A stretch of DNA of 63,608 bases, filler included, from Nitrospinota bacterium (GTDB taxonomy: Bacteria; JADFOP01), in the NCBI GenBank assembly GCA_022562795.1. It is 3 parts of 3 records of this genome, joined end to end, with 100 filler letters (N's around TTAATTAATTAA, not from the genome) between each part and the next. Parts side by side here need not be neighbours in the genome. Positions count along the whole stretch, not along the records: positions 22,201 to 43,795 come from JADFOP010000039.1; positions 43,896 to 63,608 come from JADFOP010000040.1; 1 more part is not named here. One strand, 5' to 3'. The notes under the pieces are model-generated. The model had not been told where the DNA came from, searched no databases, and saw nothing but the letters and a program-made list of their open reading frames with translations. Positions 41,527-50,910 of the stretch are shown here, piece after piece. The position numbers were made by a program, and so were the translations under genes. The stretch's first letter is position 1; each line of letters begins with the position of its first letter.

Positions 41527-41964
41527 TTAGAACGGGATGTCATCGTCCTCGTCAAGAGGGGGGGGGGCCGATTCCTGTGGAGCTTCCTCGGCTGGAGCTG
41601 GAGCTGTTTGCTCGACCTGGGCAGTCTCGGCAGGGGCGCGGGGGCCAATGAACTGAACGTTCTGGGCCACCACCTCATGCTTGCTTCGGCGCGTTCCGTC
41701 GTCCGCCTCCCAGGTGCGCCAGGTAAGCCGGCCCTCCACTAGAGCCTGTCGGCCCTTTGAGAGATACTCGCTCACCGTCTCAGCCTGTCGGCCGAAGACG
41801 ACAACATCTACGAAGCAGGTCTCCTCCCGCATTTCCTCGCCCTGGCGGTATCGCCGGTTAACGGCAAACCCGAAGCTCGTAACGGCAGTCCCAGCGGGGG
41901 TATAGCGCAGCTCAGGGTCACGGGTGAGGTTGCCGAGCAGATAGACCCGATTGAGGGTTGCCAC
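41527..41964 (-). CDS. ssb: Single-stranded DNA-binding protein
   Basis: [18 protein letters not shown]-terminal DDDIPF. Confidence 0.97.
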   Translation of the reverse strand: MATLNRVYLLGNLTRDPELRYTPAGTAVTSFGFAVNRRYRQGEEMREETCFVDVVVFGRQAETVSEYLSKGRQALVEGRLTWRTWEADDGTRRSKHEVVAQNVQFIGPRAPAETAQVEQTAPAPAEEAPQESAPPPLDEDDDIPF

Positions 41965-41967
41965 GGG

Positions 41968-42456
41968 CTAATTCTCCTCCTTAGCTGTGGGGATGGGCGA
42001 ATCCTCTGTGGCTTCCGCTGGGTCTTCTATATCGGCCTCGGGCGGCGCCTCTTGCGCCTGCTCCGGCTCTGCCTCGGCTTCGGCGGCCTCCTTGGCAGAA
42101 CGCTCCTCTGCCCGCCTCGCCTCCTCCTCAACCGCTGCGACGGCCGCCGCGCGGGCCTTCTCCACCTGGGCGCCCTCTAGCTTGACAGTAAGATGCTTGA
42201 GGATGTCCTCGGACAGCTTAAAGTTGCGTTCGAGATCCGGCACGACCTTCGGGTCGCCCTCGTAGTGCATGAGGACGTAGAAACCGTGTCTCTGTTTCTT
42301 GACATGATAGGCGAGCCGCTTCTTTCCCCATTGTTCGACGTTGATAACCTTGGCTCCATTGCTTGTGAGGATATCGGTGACCCACGCAACCCTCTCGGCC
42401 AAGGCCTCATCGCCGAGGTCGATTTTGACAATAAAAATGGTTTCGTAGAATGTCAT
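41968..42456 (-). CDS. rpsF: 30S ribosomal protein S6 with acidic extension
   Basis: YET.FI, WGKKRLAY..KK..G.Y. Confidence 0.96.
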   Translation of the reverse strand: MTFYETIFIVKIDLGDEALAERVAWVTDILTSNGAKVINVEQWGKKRLAYHVKKQRHGFYVLMHYEGDPKVVPDLERNFKLSEDILKHLTVKLEGAQVEKARAAAVAAVEEEARRAEERSAKEAAEAEAEPEQAQEAPPEADIEDPAEATEDSPIPTAKEEN

Positions 42457-42459
42457 AGC

Positions 42460-42512
42460 TACTCCTTACGAGTTTGCAGCCCCTCGGCCTAAAAGCCGGG
42501 GAGCAAGGAGTG
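42460..42512 (-). ncRNA. Putative S6:S18 (rpsF) leader RNA
   Basis: CTCCTTGCTCCCCGGC-TTTTAG-GCCGAGGGG...TAAGGAG stem sequestering the SD, directly before rpsF. Confidence 0.55.
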
Positions 42513-42534
42513 AACGGAATTGCCGATGTAGCTC

Positions 42535-42606
42535 TTATTCGGAAATTCCCGGAAAATTGCGGAAAATCGATAATTCGGAAAATCCCGGAAAATCGCGGAA
42601 AATCCT
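42535..42606 (-). repeat. Degenerate ~10-bp tandem array (GCGATTTTCC family), copy 2
   Basis: Six GGAAA(A) units on + strand; reverse complement matches the 25963-26055 array. Confidence 0.85.
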
Positions 42607-42641
42607 GAGGGACCCTGCCGCACTCCGGAAATTCTTTGGGA

Positions 42642-42670
42642 ACTATACCGGACTGTTGTAGGGGTGTCAA
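42642..42670 (-). promoter_or_regulatory. sigma70 promoter for rpsF operon
   Basis: TTGACA-17bp-TATAGT. Confidence 0.75.
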
Positions 42671-42791
42671 GCAGATTTCTATAAATTTCAAGGCTTTAGC
42701 GCAGATTTTTGGGGAGAAACCGTTGAAAATGCATCGCATAAGATGTGGAAAAAAACCAATCCCGAATTCGGGAAGCCCGCCGGGTCCCAAT

Positions 42792-43795
42792 TTAGACGTT
42801 GAAACGGAAATAGACCACATCGCCGTCCTGGATGGCATACTCCCTGCCCTCAGAGCGCAGCCGCCCCGACTCTTTCGCCTTGGCGAAAGAGCCCAGCTCG
42901 CAAAACTCCTCGAAAGAGACGATCTCGGCCCGAATGAACCCCCGGGCAATGTCGGTGTGAATCTTGCCCGCCGCCTCCACGGCCGGCTGGCCGCGCACCA
43001 GGGTCCATGCCTTAAGCTCCGGCCCAACCGGGGTGTAGAAAGTGACGAGGTCGAGCATCCCGTAGCCGACCGTGATAAGCTTCTCGATGCCCCGCTCGGC
43101 CACCCCGGCCTCGGCCATAAATTCCTCCTGGTCCTCTGGGTCGAGGTCGAGGAGCTCCGCCTCCAGCTTTCCACAAAGGGTGATAACAGGGCTCGACTCC
43201 TCGGCCGCCAGAGACTCAAGCTCGCCTACCTCGTCGGGCGGCTCCCCCAGAGACTCCTCGTCGATGTTGGCGATGTAGAGCAGCGGCTTGGCCGTAAGCA
43301 GGAATAGCCCTGCCAGGGCGGCTCTCTCTTCTTCCAACCAGTCAACCCTTCGAAGGACCGTCCCTTTCTGGAGGGCCTCCCGGGCCTTCCCAAGCAAAGT
43401 GTGCTCTTCCCTGGCCTCCCGCTCACCGGTTATGGCCCTCCGCTCGACCTTTACGATCTGGCGCTCCACCGTGGCGAGGTCGCTCAAGAGCAGCTCGGTG
43501 GTGATGACCTCAGCGTCGCGCCTCGGGTCGAGGTCGGCGTAGGTGTGGGCCACGTTTGGGTCGGTAAAGCACCTGACCACGTGGGCCACGGCGTCCACCT
43601 CCCGGATGTGGCCCAAAAACTGGTTTCCGAGCCCCTCGCCGCTCGACGCGCCTTCGACGAGACCCGCTATGTCTACGAAGGCCAGGGTCGTCGCGGTGAC
43701 CTTCTCGGGGCCGACGATCTCCGCCAGCCGCTCAAGCCGATCGTCCGGCACCGGGACGATGCCCTTGTTCGCTTCAATGGTCGTGAAGGGGTAGT
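42792..43795 (-). CDS. ychF: Redox-regulated ATPase YchF (5' end lost in gap)
   Basis: YPFTTIE.N, DIAGLV.GAS.GEGLGNQFL, AGKIHTD..RGFI.AE, FRFNV. Confidence 0.95.
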
Positions 43796-43895
43796 NNNNN
43801 NNNNNNNNNNNNNNNNNNNNNNNNNNNNNNNNNNNNNNNTTAATTAATTAANNNNNNNNNNNNNNNNNNNNNNNNNNNNNNNNNNNNNNNNNNNN
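43796..43895. other. Assembly gap/contig join with artificial linker
   Basis: N runs plus TTAATTAATTAA. Confidence 0.98.
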
Positions 43896-44073
43896 AGAGC
43901 TTCTTTTTGCCAAAAAGGAACGTGGGGCGGTGGAGGTCCACCAGGATACCCTCGAGCCGGTGTGACAACGGAAGGACCACCTGCCTGCTGGCTGCTTCCG
44001 CCCGGCCGGCAACCAAAAAGAGGACGGCGGCAAAGAGGACCGATACTGTAATTGACCGTTGCAGCATATACAA
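43896..44073 (-). CDS. N-terminus of a secreted protein, truncated by the gap
   Basis: Signal-peptide-like hydrophobic stretch ending AEA; TATAAT upstream. Confidence 0.5.
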
Positions 44074-44456
44074 CCCTGGGAGGAAAAGTCCCCCGATTAT
44101 ACCCGACTGCAGCGGACGGCCACAAGGGCGGCGCCTCTCCGATAACGGTCTTCAACCCCGCCTGGTGGGCCTCTGGGCCGACGGGCTAGCAGTCTCGCTC
44201 CGCAACACACCAAATGCTAAATTATAAAACGCTGTTATATTTTTTATTGGGCCTTGAGCTAAAGAGGGGGGTTTCCCAGGGAAGATGCTTCTCAATACGT
44301 GAACCTGGCCCCTTGCAATCCCGCAACGCCTTTCAAATGGGGCTATTACCAGGGACTCGCCAAGCGCTAATCTTTGCAAATATTAAATATGAATATCCAT
44401 AATTACTCACCTAGCCGTCAACGCCTATGAAAAAACGAAAAAATCGCACTTTTCTC

Positions 44457-44510
44457 TTGACAGCCCAACATATTGTGTTTAATCTGTACATGCTACACCA
44501 AATAGAGTAT
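44457..44510 (+). promoter_or_regulatory. nrdJ promoter with tandem NrdR boxes
   Basis: TTGACA-17-TAATCT; GCCCAACATATTGTGT (13/16) and ACACCAAATAGAGTAT (12/16) vs acaCwAtATaTwGtgt, 32 bp apart. Confidence 0.8.
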
Positions 44511-44897
44511 AAAGCTAGGAAAAGGTTCCACAGTTCATCAACAGAATTTTCACCACTACGCCCCGCTGGAAGTCCCGGTGAGGCGGTCAGAAAGGGGCTT
44601 TTGCACAGAAGGAGTTGCGTAGCAGGGTCGCGCAATGGTGTTTATCCCCCAGTGGTGTCAAACTAGGGCTTTAAGAGCTATCAAGGTATGGTCGCCCAGT
44701 GGGTAGTGCTAGGCAAAGCGGCCTGAAAGACGGCGTTTATAAAGCATAACAACCACCGATCGAGGAGCAGCGTTTATGAGTCCCGCAGAGAGGCTAAGGC
44801 AGGAGTTGCTCAGTGCGGAGGGCACTAGTGGGAGCAGCGCACCTGACTCGAACGAGCAGGGAGGCGGCATCGGGGAGGACGGCTCACCGACCTGCCG

Positions 44898-47165
44898 CTG
44901 ACGGAGAACTCCATCGCAGTGCTCGTCAGGCGTTACCTGAAAAAGGACGAAGCTGGGGCCCCCACCGAGCGGCCCGAGGATATGTTCCGCCGGGTCGCCG
45001 AGAACGTGGCCGAGGCCGACCGCAGGTACAAGGCCACCGACGAGGAGGTCGCCGTCACAGCCGAGGCCTTCTACCAGCTCATGACGAACCTGGAGTTCAT
45101 GCCCAACTCCCCCGCCCTCATGAACGCCGGAAGAGACCTTCAGCAGCTCTCGGCCTGCTTCGTCCTGCCCATCGACGACAACATGGAGAGCATATTCGAG
45201 ACGCTCAAAGACGCGGCCCTCATCCACAAATCTGGCGGCGGGACGGGCTTTAGCTTCTCACGCCTGCGCTCCAAAAACAGCAGGGTCCGCACCACCCACG
45301 GGATCGCCTCGGGGCCTGTCTCGTTCATGAAGGTCTACGACAACGCCACCCAGGAGATCAAGCAGGGCGGCACCCGCCGTGGGGCCAACATGGGCATCCT
45401 CCGGGTGGACCATCCCGACATCATCGACTTCATCACCTGCAAGGCCGACGGCGGGATTATCAACTTCAACATATCCGTGGCGATGACCGAGGGCTTCATG
45501 GAGGCGGTCGAACGCGACGAGGAGTACGACCTGCTTGACCCCAACACCCAGGAGGTTGTCAAGCGCCTGAGCGCCCGGAAGGTCTTCGACCTCATCGTCA
45601 ACCTCGCCTGGAAGACGGGCGACCCGGGCATCGTCTTTCTCGACCGCATCAACCGGGACAACCCGACCCCGCTGGTCGCCGAGATAGAGGCGACCAACCC
45701 CTGCGGCGAACAGCCGCTGCTGCCCTACGAAAGCTGCAACCTCGGCTCCATCAACCTGGCCAAGATGCTTCGGACCATAAACGGCACCTGGGAGTTCGAC
45801 TGGGGGAAGCTCCGCCGCACGGTGCACCGCTGCATCCTCTTCCTCGACAACATCATCGACATGAACAACTACCCCCTGCCCCAGATCGAGGAGATGACCA
45901 GGGGCAACCGGAAGATCGGCCTCGGAGTGATGGGCTTCGCCGACGCCCTCATCATGCTGGGGATCCCCTACAACAGCGAGCGGGCCCTGGAGTGCGGCGA
46001 GGAGATCATGAGCTTCGTCCAGACCGAGGCCAAGGCCGCCTCGGTGGACCTGGCCTCCCGGAGGGGCAACTACCCCTTCTTCGTAGGCTCGACCCACGAG
46101 GCCGACGGCCTCAAGCTCATGCGCCACACGACGGTCACCACCATCGCCCCCACCGGCACGATTTCCATCATCGCCTGCTGCTCGAGCGGAATCGAGCCGC
46201 TCTTCGCCGTAAGCTACGTCCGCACCGTCATGGACGGCACGCGGCTCGTGGAGGTCAACCCCCTCTTCCTCGAGGTGGCCACCGAAAGGGGCTTCTACTC
46301 CGAGGAGCTCATGGCGAAAATAGCCGAGCGCGGCTCGGTCGTGGGGCTCTCTGAGGTGCCTGAAGACGTACAGCGCCTCTTCGTAACCTCCCACGACCTT
46401 GAGCCGATGGACCACATCAAGATGCAGGCGGCCTTCCAGAAGCACACCGACAACGCTGTGAGCAAGACCGTCAACATGCGCCACGACGCCCCGCCCGAAG
46501 AGGTCCGCGAGGTCTACCGGTACGCCTACGAGAACGGCTGCAAGGGGGTGACGGTCTTTCGCGACGGATGCAAGGGCGGCGAGCAGGTCCTCTCAATCGG
46601 TACGACCCCCAAGGCCGAGGACGCCCTGGAGGACAACGGCGAGCCGGCCCTTGGGACCGGCACCACCCCCAAGGCGCGGCCCGACGTGACCCGAGGGACC
46701 ACCCGCTCCATCATGACCGGCTGCGGGAAGATGTACGTCACGATCAACGAAGACGAGCACGGGGTGCCCTTCGAGCTCTTCAACTCCATCGGCAAGGCCG
46801 GCGGCTGCGCCTCGGCCCAGAGCGAGGCCATCGGGCGGCTCGTCTCCCTGGCGCTCCGAAGCGGGGTCAACCCCGAGGTCATAGTCAAGCACCTGAAGGG
46901 CATCTCCTGCCACCTGCCCGTGTGGCAAAACGGGATGAAGATTCTCTCGTGCGCCGACGCCGTCGGCAAGTCCCTCGAGATGTATCTCGTGAACAAGGGG
47001 GCCTCGGCGGGGGCTTCCCCAGGCCTCCATCAGATGGCGACCCCCCTGCCTCTGTCGGCCACCGATGGGCTCGTCCGCTCGACCTGCCCCGACTGCGGCG
47101 GGGGCCTAGTGCACGAAGAAGGATGCGTCGTCTGCCACGGATGTGGCTATAGCGAGTGCTTCTAA
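44898..47165 (+). CDS. nrdJ: Class II (B12-dependent) ribonucleotide reductase with TSCPD domain and C-terminal zinc ribbon
   Basis: PNSP.LMNAG, QLSACFV, GGGTG, NPCGEQ, CNLGS, TIAPTGT, SKTVN; start codon uncertain. Confidence 0.96.
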   Translation: MTENSIAVLVRRYLKKDEAGAPTERPEDMFRRVAENVAEADRRYKATDEEVAVTAEAFYQLMTNLEFMPNSPALMNAGRDLQQLSACFVLPIDDNMESIFETLKDAALIHKSGGGTGFSFSRLRSKNSRVRTTHGIASGPVSFMKVYDNATQEIKQGGTRRGANMGILRVDHPDIIDFITCKADGGIINFNISVAMTEGFMEAVERDEEYDLLDPNTQEVVKRLSARKVFDLIVNLAWKTGDPGIVFLDRINRDNPTPLVAEIEATNPCGEQPLLPYESCNLGSINLAKMLRTINGTWEFDWGKLRRTVHRCILFLDNIIDMNNYPLPQIEEMTRGNRKIGLGVMGFADALIMLGIPYNSERALECGEEIMSFVQTEAKAASVDLASRRGNYPFFVGSTHEADGLKLMRHTTVTTIAPTGTISIIACCSSGIEPLFAVSYVRTVMDGTRLVEVNPLFLEVATERGFYSEELMAKIAERGSVVGLSEVPEDVQRLFVTSHDLEPMDHIKMQAAFQKHTDNAVSKTVNMRHDAPPEEVREVYRYAYENGCKGVTVFRDGCKGGEQVLSIGTTPKAEDALEDNGEPALGTGTTPKARPDVTRGTTRSIMTGCGKMYVTINEDEHGVPFELFNSIGKAGGCASAQSEAIGRLVSLALRSGVNPEVIVKHLKGISCHLPVWQNGMKILSCADAVGKSLEMYLVNKGASAGASPGLHQMATPLPLSATDGLVRSTCPDCGGGLVHEEGCVVCHGCGYSECF

Positions 47166-47199
47166 AGGTTTATCAAGGAGGGAGAGGGAGGATAAGCAG

Positions 47200-47499
47200 T
47201 TGCCAAAGAAACGTGACCCTCACGACAGGAAGGTGAGAGCAATAGCCAAACAATACAAAGATTTAGGATATGACGTTAAGGCGGATTTACCGACCTACGA
47301 TAAACCCGACCCCATTGGTAAAGGCAGCCATATTCCGGACGTACACGCAAAGAACCCGCGGGGTGATGAGGTTATCGTAGAGGTTGATACGCCTGGAACT
47401 GAAGACTCCGATCAGCTTTCCGCCTTTAGGAGAAGCGCTGCTCAGAGGGGTGCAGAATTCAGGCACGAAATTGTAAAGCCAAGAGGAAAGAAGAAGTAA
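47200..47499 (+). CDS. Small hypothetical protein, possible PD-(D/E)xK fold
   Basis: TTG start after GGAGGA; GYDV.AD, IPDV, VEVDT, Q pattern; lower GC. Confidence 0.6.
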   Translation: MPKKRDPHDRKVRAIAKQYKDLGYDVKADLPTYDKPDPIGKGSHIPDVHAKNPRGDEVIVEVDTPGTEDSDQLSAFRRSAAQRGAEFRHEIVKPRGKKK

Positions 47500-47619
47500 G
47501 TCGATAATGTCCGGCTAAACCCTGGTCTACCAGGTGCAGCGTCCCACCCAACGCCCGGCCCCGGCTCCCCGCATCCCTCCTGGGGAGCCGGGGAGGGCAA
47601 CGTTGCTAAAGGTGAGGGC

Positions 47620-47907
47620 ATGAGCAAGGTCTATAAGACGCTCCACCACCCCGTCGGAAGCTATTCGATGCCCTGGTTCGAAATCAAAGGGGGCAAACTG
47701 TACCCCACGCCAGGCAATCCGGAATGTAAAAACAACAATAACTCCCCGTGGTTTGAGGTCAAGGGGAGCGAAATCTACCCCACCGCCCACCATCCCCAAG
47801 GCCACCAGCGGCTCCCCTGGTTCGAGATCAAGGGGAATAAAATCTATAAAACCCTCCACCACCCAAGGTACGAACCCTCCCCGTTCTTTGAGATAAGGGA
47901 CCGGTAA
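47620..47907 (+). CDS. 95-aa protein made of four ~23-aa repeats
   Basis: (I/V/L)Y.T..(H/N)P.....P(W/F)FE(I/V)(K/R) four times; RBS-like GGTGAGG. Confidence 0.8.
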   Translation: MSKVYKTLHHPVGSYSMPWFEIKGGKLYPTPGNPECKNNNNSPWFEVKGSEIYPTAHHPQGHQRLPWFEIKGNKIYKTLHHPRYEPSPFFEIRDR

Positions 47908-47997
47908 GCCAAATATCCCAAAATCAGCTCCGCCAGGCCAAGGGGCCGGGCGGTGGGGTGTCTTTGGGGGGCAAATTAAAGATATTGCTTCCAACGA

Positions 47998-48192
47998 GTA
48001 GGGGACAGTCCGCCTCAGGCGGATTGTCCCTGTCCGCGGGTATGAAGGGCGGGTCGCTTTTCGAAAGGCTAAAAGGCCAGACAGCCATCCGCCTAAGGCG
48101 GATCCCTACAGGAAGGACTGCAAAAAGGTGTCGGGGTCAGGGGCGACCCCGACTACCCGGGATGTAGGGACAGGGTTTAGCCCTGTCCGCGG
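47998..48192. repeat. GTAG-family REP/REPIN cluster A
   Basis: GTAGGG...CCCTAC ends, hairpins, embedded TCCGCCTNAGGCGGA palindromes; homologous to 63065-63262. Confidence 0.8.
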
Positions 48193-48193
48193 C

Positions 48194-48652
48194 TCACTTC
48201 GCCCAGCGGCGGCCGCGTCGTTCCCATCGCGCCTGCATCACCGCGTCAAACGAGGCCGGGCCTGCCCCGGCGATGAGGAGCGCCAGGGCTGAGCCGAGAA
48301 GCGCCAGGGTGTACTCGATGCCTCCGGGCAGAAAGAAGGCGCCCCAGTGGACCCCGAGCATGGCGACCAGCATCACAACCGCGATGTTGAGCGCCCCGAA
48401 CCGGGTGAAAAGTCCTATCAGGACCAGCAGGCCCCCGAAGAACTCCCCGCCTGATGCCAGAGAGGCCCAGAGCATGCCGGGCGTCAGCCCCAACTTGGTC
48501 GCGAACAGCTCTGCGGTCGCCTTCAGCCCCTTACCGCCAAAGCCGCCGAAGAGCTTCTGCGCCCCGTGGGCCATGAAGATGACGCCGAGGGAGACCCGAA
48601 GCGGAATTGTCCACCACCCCGCTTTGGTCTCAACCAGTTTTAGCTTGAGCAC
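48194..48652 (-). CDS. DoxX family membrane protein
   Basis: LR..LG..F.AHG.QKLFG.FGG.G, GE..GG, GLFTR, GIEY. Confidence 0.92.
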   Translation of the reverse strand: MLKLKLVETKAGWWTIPLRVSLGVIFMAHGAQKLFGGFGGKGLKATAELFATKLGLTPGMLWASLASGGEFFGGLLVLIGLFTRFGALNIAVVMLVAMLGVHWGAFFLPGGIEYTLALLGSALALLIAGAGPASFDAVMQARWERRGRRWAK

Positions 48653-48840
48653 CGGCTCCTCCCCTCGTCCTGCCCTCTTGTCTGAGATGCATCAAGAATA
48701 CCCCGATACTAATTCAACTCCGGCCTTTTGGGAAGAGCCGTTCCTCAACTCTTGGCCACTACAAGACCCCTCCCGAAGCTTGCGCCTCGTGCTATAATCG
48801 GCTCCCGATCACAAGCGACCTTCCGTAAGGAGACCCGTAA

Positions 48841-49119
48841 ATGGAATATCCCGAGTGCTTCAGTGATATGGGCCACAAAATTTACTGCCTCGGCTACGAT
48901 CCGGCCGCCGATGGCATGAGCGACGAGCATCGGTCCGAGGCCGTCCGCCGGGAGGCTATCGCCTGTCACGCCTGCCCGGTCTTCGACCCCTGCTGGAAGA
49001 TCTCTTTGAACAGCGGGGTGCACGGCAGCGAGCTCAACGTTGCCGAGAGGCTCACCGGCATCGAGGGCGCCCTTGGCGGCCGAGGCCCCAATTCAACAGG
49101 CTTCGGCAGGTTGCATTGA
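48841..49119 (+). CDS. Small Cys-rich hypothetical protein
   Basis: AAGGAG RBS; extended -10 TGCTATAAT at 48790-48798; PECF...C...CHACPVFDPC. Confidence 0.6.
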   Translation: MEYPECFSDMGHKIYCLGYDPAADGMSDEHRSEAVRREAIACHACPVFDPCWKISLNSGVHGSELNVAERLTGIEGALGGRGPNSTGFGRLH

Positions 49120-49209
49120 ACGTCCGGCCCGAATCATCACTTGACAGGGCCCGACCGACCGTATATTCAAAGACATATCCACGCCTTATAAAACCGGAAG
49201 GAGGTAGCC

Positions 49210-50721
49210 GTGAAGGTCCAGGTAACGGCCGGGAAACTCATTGACGTTAGGACCGACGCTCTCGGCGTCTGTCTCTTTCAAGGAGCGAAGCGGCCCGAGG
49301 GCGATCTAGCCGCGCTCGACAAAGCCCTTGGGGGCCTCATCGCCCGCCTCCTTAGGGATGGCGACTTCGAGGGCAAGGCCGCCCAGACCGCGCTCCTTTA
49401 CCCGTCGGCCCCGGTTCGAGCCAAGCGGCTCTGTCTCGTCGGCCTGGGAAAGCGTGAGGAGTTCACGCTCGAAGGCTTCCGGAAGGCCGTCGGCATCCTT
49501 GCCAAGCTCGCCCGACGTGTGACAGCCCGCTCGCTCGCAGTGAGCATACACGCGGCCGAGGCCCTCGAGGAGACCCGCGCCGATGCCGCACGGGCGGCCG
49601 TCGAGGCGGCGATTCTGGCCACTTACTCCTTCGACGAATACAAGACCGACGGCGACAAGGTCAAAAAGCCCCTGGCGAACATCACCGTCGTCTCTCCCGA
49701 CCGGCGGGGTCTGAAAGCCATCCGGGCCGCGGCTGCCGAGGGACGCACGATCGCCGAGGCGACCTGCTTCGCCCGCCGGCTGGTGGACCTGCCTGGAAAC
49801 ACCCACACGCCGACATACCTCGCCCGCGAGGCCCGCGCCATCGCCCGCTCCAGCCAGAAGCTCAAGGTTCGCGTCCTCGGCCGCGCAGATATGGAGCGGC
49901 TTAAGATGGGCGCCCTGCTGGGGGTCGCCAAGGGCAGCTCAGAGCCGCCCCGGTTCATCATCCTGGAATATAAGGGCGGTCGAGCCCGCGAGGCGCCCGT
50001 CGTGCTCGTCGGAAAAGCGGTGACCTTCGACTCGGGAGGCATCTCCATCAAGCCCTCTCAGGCAATGGAGGAGATGAAACGCGACATGGCCGGCGGGGCG
50101 GCGGTAATGGGGGCCCTCAAGGCGATCTCGGCGCTCAAGCTGCCGATTAACGTCGTCGGGCTCATCCCGGCCACAGAGAACCTCCCGAGCGGGACGGCCC
50201 TCAAGCCGGGCGACATCATCACGACCTCGAGCGGAAAGACCATCGAGATTCTCAACACCGACGCCGAGGGACGCCTCATCCTGGCCGACGCGCTTACCTA
50301 CGCCAAGCGGTACAAGCCGGCCGCGTGCGTGGACCTGGCGACCCTCACGGGGGCCTGCGAGGTCGCCCTCGGCAAGCACTGCGCGGGGCTGATGGGGACC
50401 GACGAGGCCCTCATCGACGAAGTGAGGGACGCCGGCGAGGCCTGCGGGGAGCGGGTATGGCCCCTGCCCCTTTGGCCCGAGTACCACGAGCAGATCAAGT
50501 CGGACGTGGCCGACGTGAAAAACATCGGCGGCCGTGGCGGCGGGGCCATCACCGCCGCCGCCCTGCTGGCTAAGTTCGCCGAGGGCTACCCATGGGCGCA
50601 CCTCGACATCGCCGGGACGGCCTGGGTGACCACGGAGCTCCCCTACACCCCCAAGGGAGCCACGGGCTACGGCGTCCGACTCTTGGTGGAGTTCCTCAAG
50701 CGGCGGGCCGAGGCGGCGTAA
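49210..50721 (+). CDS. pepA: Leucyl aminopeptidase (M17)
   Basis: VGK..TFDSGG, MK.DM.G, NTDAEGRL.LAD, ATLTGA, HLDIAG. Confidence 0.96.
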   Translation: MKVQVTAGKLIDVRTDALGVCLFQGAKRPEGDLAALDKALGGLIARLLRDGDFEGKAAQTALLYPSAPVRAKRLCLVGLGKREEFTLEGFRKAVGILAKLARRVTARSLAVSIHAAEALEETRADAARAAVEAAILATYSFDEYKTDGDKVKKPLANITVVSPDRRGLKAIRAAAAEGRTIAEATCFARRLVDLPGNTHTPTYLAREARAIARSSQKLKVRVLGRADMERLKMGALLGVAKGSSEPPRFIILEYKGGRAREAPVVLVGKAVTFDSGGISIKPSQAMEEMKRDMAGGAAVMGALKAISALKLPINVVGLIPATENLPSGTALKPGDIITTSSGKTIEILNTDAEGRLILADALTYAKRYKPAACVDLATLTGACEVALGKHCAGLMGTDEALIDEVRDAGEACGERVWPLPLWPEYHEQIKSDVADVKNIGGRGGGAITAAALLAKFAEGYPWAHLDIAGTAWVTTELPYTPKGATGYGVRLLVEFLKRRAEAA

Positions 50722-50910
50722 ATCACGCTAGAGGGAGATTCTACCCCAGCTATGGTCGGGGTCATTGACAGACGGGTCTCCCTGGCGCATATTAGGGTTG
50801 ATATATTCAAATTGAGGAGCAAGCGAGCCGGCCGCCTAAGGCGGGAATCGACGCGCTGCCTAGCAAAGACGCAATCAATTATACTGTTTTTTTGAGCGAG
50901 GAGGTAGAGG

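Noticed and set aside
44560-44640. Cobalamin riboswitch in the nrdJ leader (GGAAGTCCCGGTG)
   Set aside because: Lacks the following AAxTCC stem, GCCCCCGC.ACTGT core and B12 box; only an Rfam scan could revive it
49141-49168. pepA promoter TTGACA...TATATT
   Set aside because: Spacer is only 15 bp to the best -10, so not listed as a supported feature
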